64,000 bases of DNA from contig JBJOKS010000012.1 in the NCBI GenBank assembly GCA_046045965.1, forward strand, positions 1 to 64,000, read 5' to 3'. The translations under genes and the position numbers were made by a program. The DNA comes from Cyanobacteriota bacterium. Its GTDB lineage: Bacteria; Cyanobacteriota; Cyanobacteriia; Cyanobacteriales; Nostocaceae. Positions 8,402 to 20,621 of the stretch are shown here, one piece after another. Every line of letters starts with the position of its first letter. The first letter of the stretch is position 1. The notes under the pieces were generated by a model. That model searched no databases. It worked only from the letters and a program-made list of their open reading frames with translations, and was not told where the DNA came from.

Positions 8402-9769
8402 TCAAATATTAAAAAATTCCTCATCAAATTCTCCAATTAGTGTTTCTCGAATTTCCGTAAAATCCTGAATTAAAGTAAGAAGTTCTTCCGTTTTTTGCAA
8501 CATTGGAGAATTAGTTTCTTTATCAATATCTCTCAGCTTTTTAATATTATCAAACAAGGTTTGATCAGAATACCATGCCCTTCCAAATAGCGGCTTGATA
8601 ATTTTGAGTTTATTCTTATCTTCCATTAGTTGCTGGATGTGTTGAAGTGTACTTTCAGCAATTTTCAGAGCTTGGTTATGTTCTATTACTACAGGACGTT
8701 TTCTAGCTTTACGATTACGAATGCGTTTTTGTTTGCCTTCAATCTGTTCTTTTAATGCTTGAATTATTTGTTCAGCTTGCTCTTTCTTTTGTTCATTAAT
8801 TTTATTTAATCTCTCCTGTCTTTTTTCACTAGGACTTTTTTCTTTAGGATATTTTTCTAGATAAGCTGCTATAGCTTGTTCTTGATATTCCTTGATATTA
8901 TTGTCAATTTTAAAAGTTTTCGCAAATAATTCGACTAACAATTTTAATGATTCTCTATTTTGATTAACCCATATATAAAGTGGTTCACTTTGTGTATACA
9001 TACCTTTAATGTATAACCTATTTTCTCGCCTACTTTGATAATAGGCTTTCTTATTTTCTCTTTCTTCTGGTGAATTTTTACCTGTTCTTTCTAAAAATCT
9101 CTGTTCTAATTCGTACCTTTTATCATCATAGATACTAATTTTTTCAATTTTTTCTTGAGCATATTTCCCTAAATTACTTGTTTCTAAAGCCTTTTTAATT
9201 CCGATTAAACTACTTTTAACTTGTATAGGAAAATAGCAATCATTCCATTGAATAATTACATCCCATCGCAAACCAACATCTGCAATACTATCAGATGGAG
9301 TTTGAGCCGCAGTAATTCCAGGAAGTGCATTCAAGGCACAACAAATAACATCAACTGTTTTTTGTCCATGTTGATGATTCTTAGTTGTTACGCAATAGCC
9401 TCCAAGAAATTCCTTACACATACTCCCAACAAATTCGGGAGATTGGGAATAGCATTTACCTCGGACACCATACAAATTGCGATCAATTCTACCGGAAAGC
9501 AGGAAACGATTTTTATCATCTTGATATAATTCTAGACACCCGGCACTTTTTGAAAGTTCTATAAGACTGGTAACAAGTGATTCACTTTCTAATTTACATT
9601 CTTTGATTTTTTGCTTCTGTAAGAAAACAAAACCTGTTTCTATCAACAATTTTTGCTGCTCTTTTGTAAGTGACTGCCACCATTTATTAGTAGCAATTCC
9701 ATCATTTATACCTTTCTGCCATTCTAAAATTACATCATTTGGAATGGAAATTTCTAAGTTAGGTGTCAT
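8402..9769 (-). CDS. Hypothetical protein with a PD-(D/E)XK-like motif and a charged coiled-coil C-terminus
   Basis: Long AT-rich ORF; ADVGLRWDVII...PIQVKSS. Confidence 0.6.
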   Translation of the reverse strand: MTPNLEISIPNDVILEWQKGINDGIATNKWWQSLTKEQQKLLIETGFVFLQKQKIKECKLESESLVTSLIELSKSAGCLELYQDDKNRFLLSGRIDRNLYGVRGKCYSQSPEFVGSMCKEFLGGYCVTTKNHQHGQKTVDVICCALNALPGITAAQTPSDSIADVGLRWDVIIQWNDCYFPIQVKSSLIGIKKALETSNLGKYAQEKIEKISIYDDKRYELEQRFLERTGKNSPEERENKKAYYQSRRENRLYIKGMYTQSEPLYIWVNQNRESLKLLVELFAKTFKIDNNIKEYQEQAIAAYLEKYPKEKSPSEKRQERLNKINEQKKEQAEQIIQALKEQIEGKQKRIRNRKARKRPVVIEHNQALKIAESTLQHIQQLMEDKNKLKIIKPLFGRAWYSDQTLFDNIKKLRDIDKETNSPMLQKTEELLTLIQDFTEIRETLIGEFDEEFFNI

Positions 9770-9786
9770 AAGCAAAAGGATGTCTA

Positions 9787-10767
9787 TTATTTTAAATGTT
9801 TAAATTTAGAAATGTCAGAAACAGTAATTTCATATCCAGTTTGATATCCCCATTGATAAAACATCAAATCAATTAAATTTTCTGGTAGTGCTACTTTAGG
9901 GTTAGAATGCTTTATGAAATAACCATTTCTAGAAAATTCTAACTTAATTGTCGATGGTTCATTATGATCAAAAGTTATGCCATAAAGATCCCATATAAGC
10001 AGAACTCCACTAACAGATGAAAAATTACTTTTAATATATTTTTGTACTAATTCTTTTATAAATTTTAACTTTGTAAGTTGAGATTTCAAATTTTCTTCCA
10101 AATCTATTTCATTTGAAATAAGCTTACTTGAAATATCCATTGCAACTAGACCATATACGTCACAATCTAGTTTTTCCCTCCATTTTTTGATTTGTTGATT
10201 TGCTTTGTCAATATTTTTCCTATACCTAGTATCTTCGCTGTCAGAATGTATATATTTACAATCAACAATTAGTGGTATCTTATGATTAGATATTTGTATC
10301 TTAAAATCAGCTAAACCTTCATCTTCAGTCGCTGTCAATATGTATTCTGCTTTATTCATAAACCAAGAACCAAAATAAAGCTCGGTCATCAATTCCTGGA
10401 ACTTATTTGGGTCTTCTATTTGTGATAGGATTGTCTTTCTAACTTTCTCATCACCATAGGTTGCAAATTTTCCCAATGACAAATCTGCAATGTTACCACC
10501 ACTAACTTTGGTTAAAATATAACTATCTAATAATATTGAAGCTAGTTTTGGAATAATATCTTTATTTTTCTCCCAGTCCAAAATGCCATTTTGAGAAATC
10601 ATTTGCTCACAAATTTTGTATTGGATAACTGCTGGGTGTTTGGGTTGTCTTTTAAAAAGTTTTTGTATTCTACTTTCGTCATCATCAAACAGTTTTTCAA
10701 TCAACCGTTTTTGAGCTTCAAAGTATTGGACAAAAGAATTTAGTGTATTGATTATGATTGTTCCCAT
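9787..10767 (-). CDS. Hypothetical protein with a restriction-endonuclease-like (PD-(D/E)XK) motif
   Basis: EL...EGLADFKI...LIVDCKY; ATG at 10767 preceded by AAGGA. Confidence 0.6.
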   Translation of the reverse strand: MGTIIINTLNSFVQYFEAQKRLIEKLFDDDESRIQKLFKRQPKHPAVIQYKICEQMISQNGILDWEKNKDIIPKLASILLDSYILTKVSGGNIADLSLGKFATYGDEKVRKTILSQIEDPNKFQELMTELYFGSWFMNKAEYILTATEDEGLADFKIQISNHKIPLIVDCKYIHSDSEDTRYRKNIDKANQQIKKWREKLDCDVYGLVAMDISSKLISNEIDLEENLKSQLTKLKFIKELVQKYIKSNFSSVSGVLLIWDLYGITFDHNEPSTIKLEFSRNGYFIKHSNPKVALPENLIDLMFYQWGYQTGYEITVSDISKFKHLK

Positions 10768-10865
10768 TTGAGTATTTTCCTTTTGTTTTAGTTCATTAAA
10801 TAAAAACAGGATAAGCAAAACGCCCATCCCCAAAAACCAAATATTAATCGTTGTGCTTCCAAACC

Positions 10866-10990
10866 CGCCCAGAACTGAAGTTCCGGGCTAATAGCCAAAG
10901 TAAACTAAAGTTTACTAAAAGATTTTCATTTCACTTAGTCATCTTTAGATGACTTCAGCTATTAGACAGGGAATTAATTCCCTGTCGGGA
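10866..10990. mobile_element. Palindromic miniature repeat element
   Basis: Nested inverted repeats CTAATAGC/GCTATTAG with terminal hairpins. Confidence 0.55.
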
Positions 10991-11009
10991 TATGGGTTTT
11001 ACTAATAAC

Positions 11010-12293
<1,284 letters not shown>

Positions 12294-12321
12294 TTATCCT
12301 CTATAAAACAAAAAATTACCA

Positions 12322-12436
12322 GGCGATTAGAAATCGCTGCTACACAGGCAAAACCCACCTGCGTGGGTTTTAACTTTTAATTAGTCCGCGTAGGCGGACT
12401 TTGTTTGCATAGCCTCAGAATTATATTCTGAAGGCA
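12322..12436. mobile_element. Palindromic miniature repeat element (same family as 4507-4624)
   Basis: GGCGATTAGAAATCGCTGCTACACA..AAAACCCACCT.CGTGGGTT. Confidence 0.65.
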
Positions 12437-12776
12437 AGGTGCAAGATATAAGTTTGGAAACCTTCACGTACTGTAACAACATTTTCTCACAAGTGGCAAA
12501 TTTTGGCTGTAATTGCCGCATCAGGCAGAATGTGATAGATAAAAAGCGAGAATTTACCAATCACCATTTTTATCCAAGTTGTCATTTTTTCCTACTATCT
12601 GCTATTAGTATTAGGAACAACTGGGCTATTCATGACCATCAACATATTTTATCTATCTTTAGATAGAAATAAAGGTCATTTAAGGGAGATTTGACCAAAG
12701 ATAGATAATATAGTCCATGTGTTGATAATGACTCTATGAGTACCCAAGAATAGATTTTATTCAAGGAGGTTTTTGA

Positions 12777-14366
12777 GTGCGTTTAAAATTTTTAGCTATC
12801 GCAGGTGCAATGGTTATTACTGTTGTATCTGTCCCAAAAGCTACAGCCCAGATTCCTCTTTTTCCTTTCTTACCAACTCCTAGCAGTGTAAATAATGATT
12901 CCGAGAATAAAACTGTTTCTGAATGGATTTATTTAGATGGTCGTCCCATATTTCAAATTGCAGCATCGAAAAAAGATATTTCGGAACGGCTACAAAATAT
13001 CCACCGTAATTTACAAGAAATTAAACACGATTTCTTTAACACATCTACACCACAACTAAATGTGCAAATCCGCAGAATTAATGATTTGCCAGTAATTTAT
13101 GTGAATGATAAATACCTGATGACTGTTACTTCCAATGATGCTAGATTACTTCAGGTAGATTCTGCAACAATGGCTAATCAAATCGCCGGAGATTTGCAGA
13201 CAGAGTTGGAAAAAGCTAGGGAAGAACGCCAAACTTCATCTTTAATATTCCAAGGTAAAATTGCTGGCGGTCTTGCTTTAGCAATGATTTTGTCAAGTTT
13301 ATTAATATATCGTTATCAACGCCGTTCTCAAAAAGACGATGTAGAACCGATTTCCCCCATTGAAGAAATAGAACAACCGATTACAACCCAACTAAATCAA
13401 CAGGAACATCAACATTTAGCAGAAGTTAAAAAGCGCCTATTTCAATTAACGCAAACAGGTATTTGGGGAAGTGGAAGTTTTGTAATTTTGGGTTTATTTC
13501 CCTATACGCGAGCATTACAAATTACCCTGCTTGCAGTTGCCCAAATTCCTGTAAAAGTAGGTATTGTGGTTTTAGGAACTTACGTAGCAATTCGCTTTAG
13601 TTATGCCCTAATTGATAAATTTACCACGACGCTAATTAGCGGTGGTGTTTTATTAAATTCAGAAACTTCTGAACGGATGCAATTGCGAGTTTCCACATTT
13701 TCAGGTGTTACCAAAAGTATCACTACTCTCATCTGGATGGGAGTTGGTATTTTGCTAACTTTGATTTCTTTAGGTATAGATATAGTTCCCTTATTAGCGG
13801 GTGCTGGTTTAATTGGTGTGGCTGTATCTCTGGCTTCTCAGAACTTAATTAAAGATGCCATTAATGGGTTTTTAATTATTCTCGAAGATCAATATGCCCT
13901 TGGTGATGTCATTACTGTGGGAGATGTGGGAGGTTTAGTAGAAAATCTCAATCTGCGAATGACTCAAGTTAGAGATGCGGAAGGACGTTTGATTACAATT
14001 CCTAACAGCGAAATTAAAGTAGTGGCTAATCTTTCTAGTCGCTGGTCACGTGCTGATTTAACTATACCAGTTTCCTACCAAGCCAATATTGATGAAGCTT
14101 TGAATTTAATTGAAAATGTGGCTTTAAAAATGAATCAAGAACCAATTTGGAAACGGCAAATTATCGAAAAACCGAGTATTTTGGGAATTGATAATTTTAG
14201 CGATCGCGGGATGATGATTCGCGTCTGGATCAAAACCCAACCCCTCAAACAATGGGATGTGGCGCGAGAATATCGTCGTCGTCTCAAAATTGCTTTAGAT
14301 CAAGCAGGTATTAGCATTCCACTACCACAACAAGCCATCTGGGTTAATGATGCTAATAGCAATTAA
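12777..14366 (+). CDS. MscS family mechanosensitive channel
   Basis: SLASQNLIKDAINGF..LEDQYALGD; IPNSEI. Confidence 0.92.
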   Translation: MRLKFLAIAGAMVITVVSVPKATAQIPLFPFLPTPSSVNNDSENKTVSEWIYLDGRPIFQIAASKKDISERLQNIHRNLQEIKHDFFNTSTPQLNVQIRRINDLPVIYVNDKYLMTVTSNDARLLQVDSATMANQIAGDLQTELEKAREERQTSSLIFQGKIAGGLALAMILSSLLIYRYQRRSQKDDVEPISPIEEIEQPITTQLNQQEHQHLAEVKKRLFQLTQTGIWGSGSFVILGLFPYTRALQITLLAVAQIPVKVGIVVLGTYVAIRFSYALIDKFTTTLISGGVLLNSETSERMQLRVSTFSGVTKSITTLIWMGVGILLTLISLGIDIVPLLAGAGLIGVAVSLASQNLIKDAINGFLIILEDQYALGDVITVGDVGGLVENLNLRMTQVRDAEGRLITIPNSEIKVVANLSSRWSRADLTIPVSYQANIDEALNLIENVALKMNQEPIWKRQIIEKPSILGIDNFSDRGMMIRVWIKTQPLKQWDVAREYRRRLKIALDQAGISIPLPQQAIWVNDANSN

Positions 14367-14563
14367 AAATTCAAAATTTAAAATTTAACATTGCCAGTAC
14401 ACATCTTAACAAGACAAATCTTGTGGGGTGGGCATCTTGCCTACCCTTGTGTACCTGACTAATATCATCTATCATCTTGACGATATAGTATACTTGTACT
14501 ATAATGAATTCATCGTGTCCGACCTGTAAACGACATCTGGAAGATGGATTCAAGGATATTCCT

Positions 14564-14827
14564 ATGATGAAGCACTATATTCTCAATCTTAATCCAACTG
14601 CCAAGCATGAATGGGATCGTTGTATTTTACGCGATCCTCTGACCGCAAAACGTCCAGATATAGCGAAATTAATTGCTGAAGCGGTAGGTGCGGATACAGG
14701 TAGTTATTTAGTCAGTGTCAATATTGAAGTCACAGTCTTGGAGGAAGCAGCAATACCTCAAGCCGAACAACTTTCTCTTCCCTTTCCAGAAGTGAGCATT
14801 CCTTCGCAAATGCGGGAAGCAGCGTAA
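14564..14827 (+). CDS. Conserved hypothetical protein
   Basis: ORF with plausible composition; ATG at 14564 preferred. Confidence 0.6.
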   Translation: MMKHYILNLNPTAKHEWDRCILRDPLTAKRPDIAKLIAEAVGADTGSYLVSVNIEVTVLEEAAIPQAEQLSLPFPEVSIPSQMREAA

Positions 14828-14903
14828 TTTAACAGTTGTAGGTTGGGTTGACGTAAGGAAACCCAACACCAAATAATTGATAATTCATAATTCCTAATTA
14901 ATC

Positions 14904-16061
14904 TTATTCATGTTTTCTAACTTTTCTTGCTAACAACTCTTGAATTTGCTGATTAATAATATTCACATCAAACCGTTGACTAGCAGTAATTCTAGCATGA
15001 TTGGCGATATTTTGCATCATGTCTTTTTCCTGAACACAATTATTAATTACCTGCGCTAATTCTTGGGGATTATTTGGTGTCACTAAAAAACCATTAATAC
15101 CATCTTCAACTAACTCCATTGCACCACCAGCTTTAGCAGCAACCACAGGTTTACCGCACAGCATCGCTTCAACAATAACTCTACCAAAAGGTTCAGGTGC
15201 AATTGATGTATGAGTAATTAAATTACAAGCTGACATTAATTGAGGAATATCTTCACAAAAACCTAAAAATTTCACTCTATTTTCTAAATTTAAAGCTTTT
15301 ACTTTTTCGTGTAATTCTTTAACATATTCATTTTCACCAAACAAAGCATCACCAACTAAAATGACCGTGACATTTTCTGGACATTCTGCAAGAGCATTAA
15401 TTAAAATATGTTGACCTTTCCAGGGAGCAAGACGGCTAAAATGTCCAACCACAAATTTTTCTGCTAACCCTAATTTTTGCCTTAAAATTTGAGCATCATT
15501 TTCAGAAAGTTCATAATTTTGAAGTTCAAAACCATTATAGACAACTTCAATAATATCTGGTTTTCCTCCAGCTTGAATAAATGCAGTTTTACTAGCTTGG
15601 GAATTAGCAATTACTAAAGATGAAAAACGATTAATTAAAGTAAGAGCGACCCGCAGATTAGTTTTACTAAAATGTTCTGTAGATAGAATATCATGTAAAT
15701 GATAAACCAAAGGACGACGAGCAAAAAAACTCGCTAAAGCACCGACAACCAAAGCTTTTTGAGTATTAGCGTAAATTAAATCATATTGCTTTGCGCGTGT
15801 AACTACTTTATTAATTAAAGGTGTGAGTTTTCCTAAACTAGCTAATGCTGTAAGTAAACTACTTTCTTTTCTAACATTAATAGCTTGAGTGGCTAAAACC
15901 TCTACAGGAATATGATTAGTTTCCAGTAACTTTCTAAAATCACCATCTGCAAATAAACCAACCAAAGAAGTATGAGCGTAGGGTTTAACGATATCTAACA
16001 AACATAACTCAGCACCACCAGGTTTACCACTTTGATCCAAAAACAAAACCTTCATAAACAT
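14904..16061 (-). CDS. GT4 glycosyltransferase (alr3699-like partner of hepB)
   Basis: EPFGRVIVEAM motif; lies downstream of the hepB-like gene. Confidence 0.88.
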   Translation of the reverse strand: MFMKVLFLDQSGKPGGAELCLLDIVKPYAHTSLVGLFADGDFRKLLETNHIPVEVLATQAINVRKESSLLTALASLGKLTPLINKVVTRAKQYDLIYANTQKALVVGALASFFARRPLVYHLHDILSTEHFSKTNLRVALTLINRFSSLVIANSQASKTAFIQAGGKPDIIEVVYNGFELQNYELSENDAQILRQKLGLAEKFVVGHFSRLAPWKGQHILINALAECPENVTVILVGDALFGENEYVKELHEKVKALNLENRVKFLGFCEDIPQLMSACNLITHTSIAPEPFGRVIVEAMLCGKPVVAAKAGGAMELVEDGINGFLVTPNNPQELAQVINNCVQEKDMMQNIANHARITASQRFDVNIINQQIQELLARKVRKHE

Positions 16062-16105
16062 CTTCCTTCATCTGCGTTTATCTGCGTTTATCTGCGTTTA
16101 ATTTA

Positions 16106-17275
16106 TCAATTCTTTTCAGCTAAAATAACTTGCCGTACTTTTTGAGCAATATTAGTCCAGTCATAATTTTTAACTGTATAATTACGACATTCTTCTCTAG
16201 AAGGTAAAGCAATTTTTCTTAACATTACTTGTTCTAATTTTTCAGCAATGCTTTCAGCAGTGGTAGAATTAGTAATTAAATCTGGTGTAAATTCTTGTAA
16301 AATTTCTGGCATTCCCCCTACAGGTGTGCATAAAACCGGAGTACCACAAGCTAAAGATTCAACAATTGCTAAACCAAAACCTTCAAAAGATTGACTAGGC
16401 ATTACTGTTAAATTAGCAGCTTGATAAGCAATTGGTAAATGTTCATCAGGTAAAAAACCTAAGAATTTAACGTTGTTTTCTAGTCCTAGTTCTCTAACTT
16501 GTTGTTGTAGTAAATTTTGAATATGTCCACGACCGGCAATAGCTAACCAAATATCAGGAATTTTGGGTTTAATTGTGGCTATTGCTTGTAATAATTTGTC
16601 AATTCCCATGCGATAAACTAAACGACGGGAGGTAAATAATATCGGTCTGTCAGTTGGCCAACCTAGTTTTTTTCTGGCATCGAGACGGGATAAATTATAT
16701 TGAAAGTGATTAATATCTACTCCACCGGGGATAATATGGATTTTCTCCCAAGGAACTTGATATTGTTGATGTAAAATATTACCGAAAGCTTTACTGAGAA
16801 CAATGAAGCGATCGCAACGATTATAAGTATTTTTTTCTATTAACTGTTGCTTCATCCAAATACTCAATTTTTTATCTACTACTTCTTCCTGACTTTCAGA
16901 AGCCCAAGGACCATGAAAATTAAAAGTAATAGGTACTTCTTTTGGTAAAAGATCCAAAATCGGAAAACTATATAATGCAAAATGTAGATTAATTGCATCA
17001 GGTTGATCTAATCTTGTTTTTTGGAAGTTAGTACGAATTGACCATAATCTTTCCCAAATACGACTATCTGGAGATGCTAAATTATTTAATTTAATTGGTA
17101 CATTTTTTTCCTCTGGTAAACCAACTCCACATAATTCTATCCGGTCTTGATTGATAGCTAATTTATGAGTTAGTTCATAAATATACCTTTCCAACCCTCC
17201 TGGTGTTTTGGGAAACCAACCTGTTCCCAAGGTGAGGATAGATGCTGATGCTAAAGTTTTTTTGTTACCTTCCAC
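16106..17275 (-). CDS. hepB: GT4 glycosyltransferase, HepB-like
   Basis: EGFGLAIVESLACG; FHGPWA.ES; context. The GT4 call is firm, the symbol is tentative. Confidence 0.7.
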   Translation of the reverse strand: MEGNKKTLASASILTLGTGWFPKTPGGLERYIYELTHKLAINQDRIELCGVGLPEEKNVPIKLNNLASPDSRIWERLWSIRTNFQKTRLDQPDAINLHFALYSFPILDLLPKEVPITFNFHGPWASESQEEVVDKKLSIWMKQQLIEKNTYNRCDRFIVLSKAFGNILHQQYQVPWEKIHIIPGGVDINHFQYNLSRLDARKKLGWPTDRPILFTSRRLVYRMGIDKLLQAIATIKPKIPDIWLAIAGRGHIQNLLQQQVRELGLENNVKFLGFLPDEHLPIAYQAANLTVMPSQSFEGFGLAIVESLACGTPVLCTPVGGMPEILQEFTPDLITNSTTAESIAEKLEQVMLRKIALPSREECRNYTVKNYDWTNIAQKVRQVILAEKN

Positions 17276-17969
17276 CTAATTATCTCCTTGACTTCCGCAC
17301 AAGATGAAACTGACTCCTGACTCCATACCTTGATATTTAAGTCTGAACCAATACAATTCTCACAATTGATGATTACAAACATCAATGAACTAACCTGGAA
17401 ATCCGGTTAAAAAATTATCAATCCATCTGTTTATTAAATAAACTAATTTTATATCTAGAGCTTTTACTGTACATAGGAGTTGGAAATTTTACGTTTTCAT
17501 TATTTACAAATTATTTTACTGATAATAAATGTTACTTTTGTAATTAGTCTCTGACAGCAGATGAAGAAAGGTAAAAATAGTAAACATTTCATTTTTTCCT
17601 TTGATAATTACCTATTCACCTTTTAGAATTCAGCATTTTCTCAATGATTGGATCTATCCCTGGACTGAAATTTTTACCAATCCTGTATCATAATTAACTG
17701 GGTTAGCCATGCAATGAAAGTTCTATACCAAAAAATAGAAATAAATATAAATTTAGACAGATTTTACCCAGGATATAAAATATATATTTTTTTGATAAAG
17801 TTTTGATGAAATTACCTGGAAAATAACATTTATTTGTTAGGTTGTTTATGTTTAGTGTTCATAATGAGTGTGTATATTGTCTACTCTACGTTTATTGGAC
17901 ATGGCACAACATATCAAAATAGCAAAAGCATATTAATGTTAATTGGCAATATGCAACCATCGCAATTCC

Positions 17970-20192
17970 ATGAAAAACAGATTCACTTCACAAATTAAAA
18001 AAATCCGTCAACCACTTAATCAAGTTATTAATAATTTACTTCAGAATAGATATTGGCGGAAAAATATAGCTTTCAAAGGTTTATTGGCTTTAACTTTGAG
18101 CTTAGTGGTGATATTCGCAGTCATGACAATTGAAAATGCCACCACTCAAACAGCTACAGCAGGTGCATTTACTTATGAAACTTCTTGGCTTGGGAATACT
18201 ATTGGTAAAGGAAAATTGCGGGTACAAAACAATATAGAGGCAATGTATGTAACAGAAAATGGTCAGATTTATACTAATAGCATTTGGGACGAAGCTGGAG
18301 GAGAAGCGGGAATATATAAAGATGGTAAAGTTATAGGTTTCCTGGAAGACCTTCACGGTTGGTATCGTCTTGGTGGTAAAGCAGTGACAGCCAATAGCAA
18401 ATATATTTATGTTGCTATGAGTCAGGGAGCAATGGGTAATGAAAAAGAAGGTTCTCCACCACAAGGTAAAACTTGGTATTGCGTGAGACGCTATAATTTA
18501 GCGGGAAAACCTGTACCTTTTGCTGGTGGAAATGGCTGGGATAAAAGTATGTTCATTATCAGTGAAAAAGGTGAAGTCACTGGTTTAGCAACTGTTGGTA
18601 ATAAGTTATTTGTCAGTAATGCAGATGCCAACATTGTGCGGATTTTAAATACAGAAACAATGCAGGAAATGGGCAAATTTGCTGTTACAAATCCTGGAGG
18701 AATAGCTATTGATCCACGGGGAACTTTATGGATTATTCAAAATAAAAAAGGTAATACCGCTGGTAAAATTGTTCATTATGACCAAACGGGTAAAAAATTA
18801 CCCCAACAAATTGGAGATGTTGTTGATCCAACAGCGATCGCCATTTATAAACAAGATAGATTATTAGTAGCAGAAAATGGTATCCGTCAACAGGTACTAA
18901 TTTACAACATCAAAAATAAACCTGTACAGGTAGGAACTTTCGGCGCTAAAAATGGCATTTATAGTGGTGTTCCTGGGGAAGTTGGCAATTTAAAACTCTA
19001 TGGTATTACAGCCGTTGGAGCAGATAGCGCAGGTAATCTATATATCAATAATAATGGCTTCAATAGATCAGGAACTGATTTAAGAAAATTTTCCTCATCT
19101 GGAAAACTACAATGGCAATTACTCGGTTTAATATTTGTTGATAATGCCGATACTGACCCCAAAAGCGATGGTGTAAATCTCTTCACCAAACATGAAGAAT
19201 ATTTGATAGATTACAGTAAACCTGCTGGTAAAAAATGGACTTATAAAGCCTACACTTTGAATCCTTTCAAATATCCTCAAGATCCTCGTTTACACACATC
19301 CCCAGATGGTCCCATTTTCCGCCGTATTCAAGGCAAGCCTTTTCTATTTCTTACAGATATGTTTGGCGGCTTTTTGCAAATTTATCGTTTTCAACCAAAC
19401 ACAGATGGTAAAATTGCTATTCCTGCGGGACTGTTTGTGGGAACTAATGATCAAGGTAAAGCAATAAACGGTAATTGGCCTCCACATCAACCAACTAAAG
19501 GAGAATGGATCTGGCGAGATAAAAATGGTAATGGTGCATTTGATCAAAATGAATATGATAGCAGTGAAGATTATCCTTTCATTGGCGGTTGGTGGGTAGA
19601 TACTAAAGGTGATGTTTGGAAAACTTTGCGAACTAAAGATGGTATTCGCCATTATCCTTTACAGGGTTTAGATAGCAAAGGAAACCCAATTTATACCTAT
19701 AGTTCTATGCAAAAGCAAAAGACTCCTAGCATTTTTGGAGATTTGCGGAGGATTGAATATTTCCCCGAAACAGATACTATGTATTTGTCAGGTTTTACCT
19801 TAGATCATCCTTCTGTTGGTGATGATACGGGAGTTGTCGGCTCAGAAATTGCCCGTTTTGATAATTGGAGTCAAGGAAACCGCACTCCTAGATGGCGAAC
19901 TGTAGTTCCCTATGACAACACTGGTAAACGAGAAATTTCTACCGCAGCTATGAGTGTAGCTGGAAATTATGTGTTTGCGGTGACAGTCAAAACAGCAGAA
20001 GTCTATGTTTACAACGCTGCTACAGGAAAACTTGTACACAAATTTGGTCCAGGTCCGGAAGTCGGTAAAGAAAGTGGCTGGGTGGATATCCCCCACGGTA
20101 TTCGGGCTTTTCGCCGTGCTAATGGTGAATATTTAGTGTTTGTGGAAGAAAATTTATATGGAAAGGTGATTATTTATCGTTTCCGAAGTTAA
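17970..20192 (+). CDS. Secreted or membrane-anchored beta-propeller (NHL-like) protein
   Basis: N-terminal hydrophobic segment, repeated P.GIAID/PTAIA blades, WRDKNGNGAFD Ca-binding-like motif. Confidence 0.75.
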   Translation: MKNRFTSQIKKIRQPLNQVINNLLQNRYWRKNIAFKGLLALTLSLVVIFAVMTIENATTQTATAGAFTYETSWLGNTIGKGKLRVQNNIEAMYVTENGQIYTNSIWDEAGGEAGIYKDGKVIGFLEDLHGWYRLGGKAVTANSKYIYVAMSQGAMGNEKEGSPPQGKTWYCVRRYNLAGKPVPFAGGNGWDKSMFIISEKGEVTGLATVGNKLFVSNADANIVRILNTETMQEMGKFAVTNPGGIAIDPRGTLWIIQNKKGNTAGKIVHYDQTGKKLPQQIGDVVDPTAIAIYKQDRLLVAENGIRQQVLIYNIKNKPVQVGTFGAKNGIYSGVPGEVGNLKLYGITAVGADSAGNLYINNNGFNRSGTDLRKFSSSGKLQWQLLGLIFVDNADTDPKSDGVNLFTKHEEYLIDYSKPAGKKWTYKAYTLNPFKYPQDPRLHTSPDGPIFRRIQGKPFLFLTDMFGGFLQIYRFQPNTDGKIAIPAGLFVGTNDQGKAINGNWPPHQPTKGEWIWRDKNGNGAFDQNEYDSSEDYPFIGGWWVDTKGDVWKTLRTKDGIRHYPLQGLDSKGNPIYTYSSMQKQKTPSIFGDLRRIEYFPETDTMYLSGFTLDHPSVGDDTGVVGSEIARFDNWSQGNRTPRWRTVVPYDNTGKREISTAAMSVAGNYVFAVTVKTAEVYVYNAATGKLVHKFGPGPEVGKESGWVDIPHGIRAFRRANGEYLVFVEENLYGKVIIYRFRS

Positions 20193-20228
20193 CAGAAATT
20201 CAATAGGAGGAACGACATTTATTATATT

Positions 20229-20263
20229 CAGTCCAGCTAATTATTTATAGTATAGCTGGGCTG
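20229..20263 (+). terminator. Hairpin after the beta-propeller gene
   Basis: CAGTCCAGCTA...TAGCTGGGCTG. Confidence 0.4.
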
Positions 20264-20621
20264 GTTGATCATTGATTTTTGCCAATTACCAATTACCATA
20301 CTGAAATTTTTATGTTTAATTATGTTGACCTAATTGTGAGACTACTTACTAAATTTGCATTTAATGTAAATAGTATATAGTATAACATTTTTGTTGAGTG
20401 TTCAAAAATGGAATCTTCATATTAATATGGCAAATTTACTAAATCAATAAATATAGCTAACCTTAGATCAATATGATGATAATTACTGGGGGCAAATACA
20501 AAGATTTTTTCAAGTTGGTAATTATTGTTTGAGAAATAATGATGGCTATAAAAATGTTTACTTATAGCTATTTATCATTTGTGCCAAAAATATTACACCA
20601 AAGGTATAGAGAGGAAAAAAT

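Noticed and set aside
17402..17407. DIF1-like hexamer (ACCGGA on the minus strand) upstream of the hepB-like gene
   Set aside because: A one-mismatch 6-mer is expected by chance; it needs TSS data
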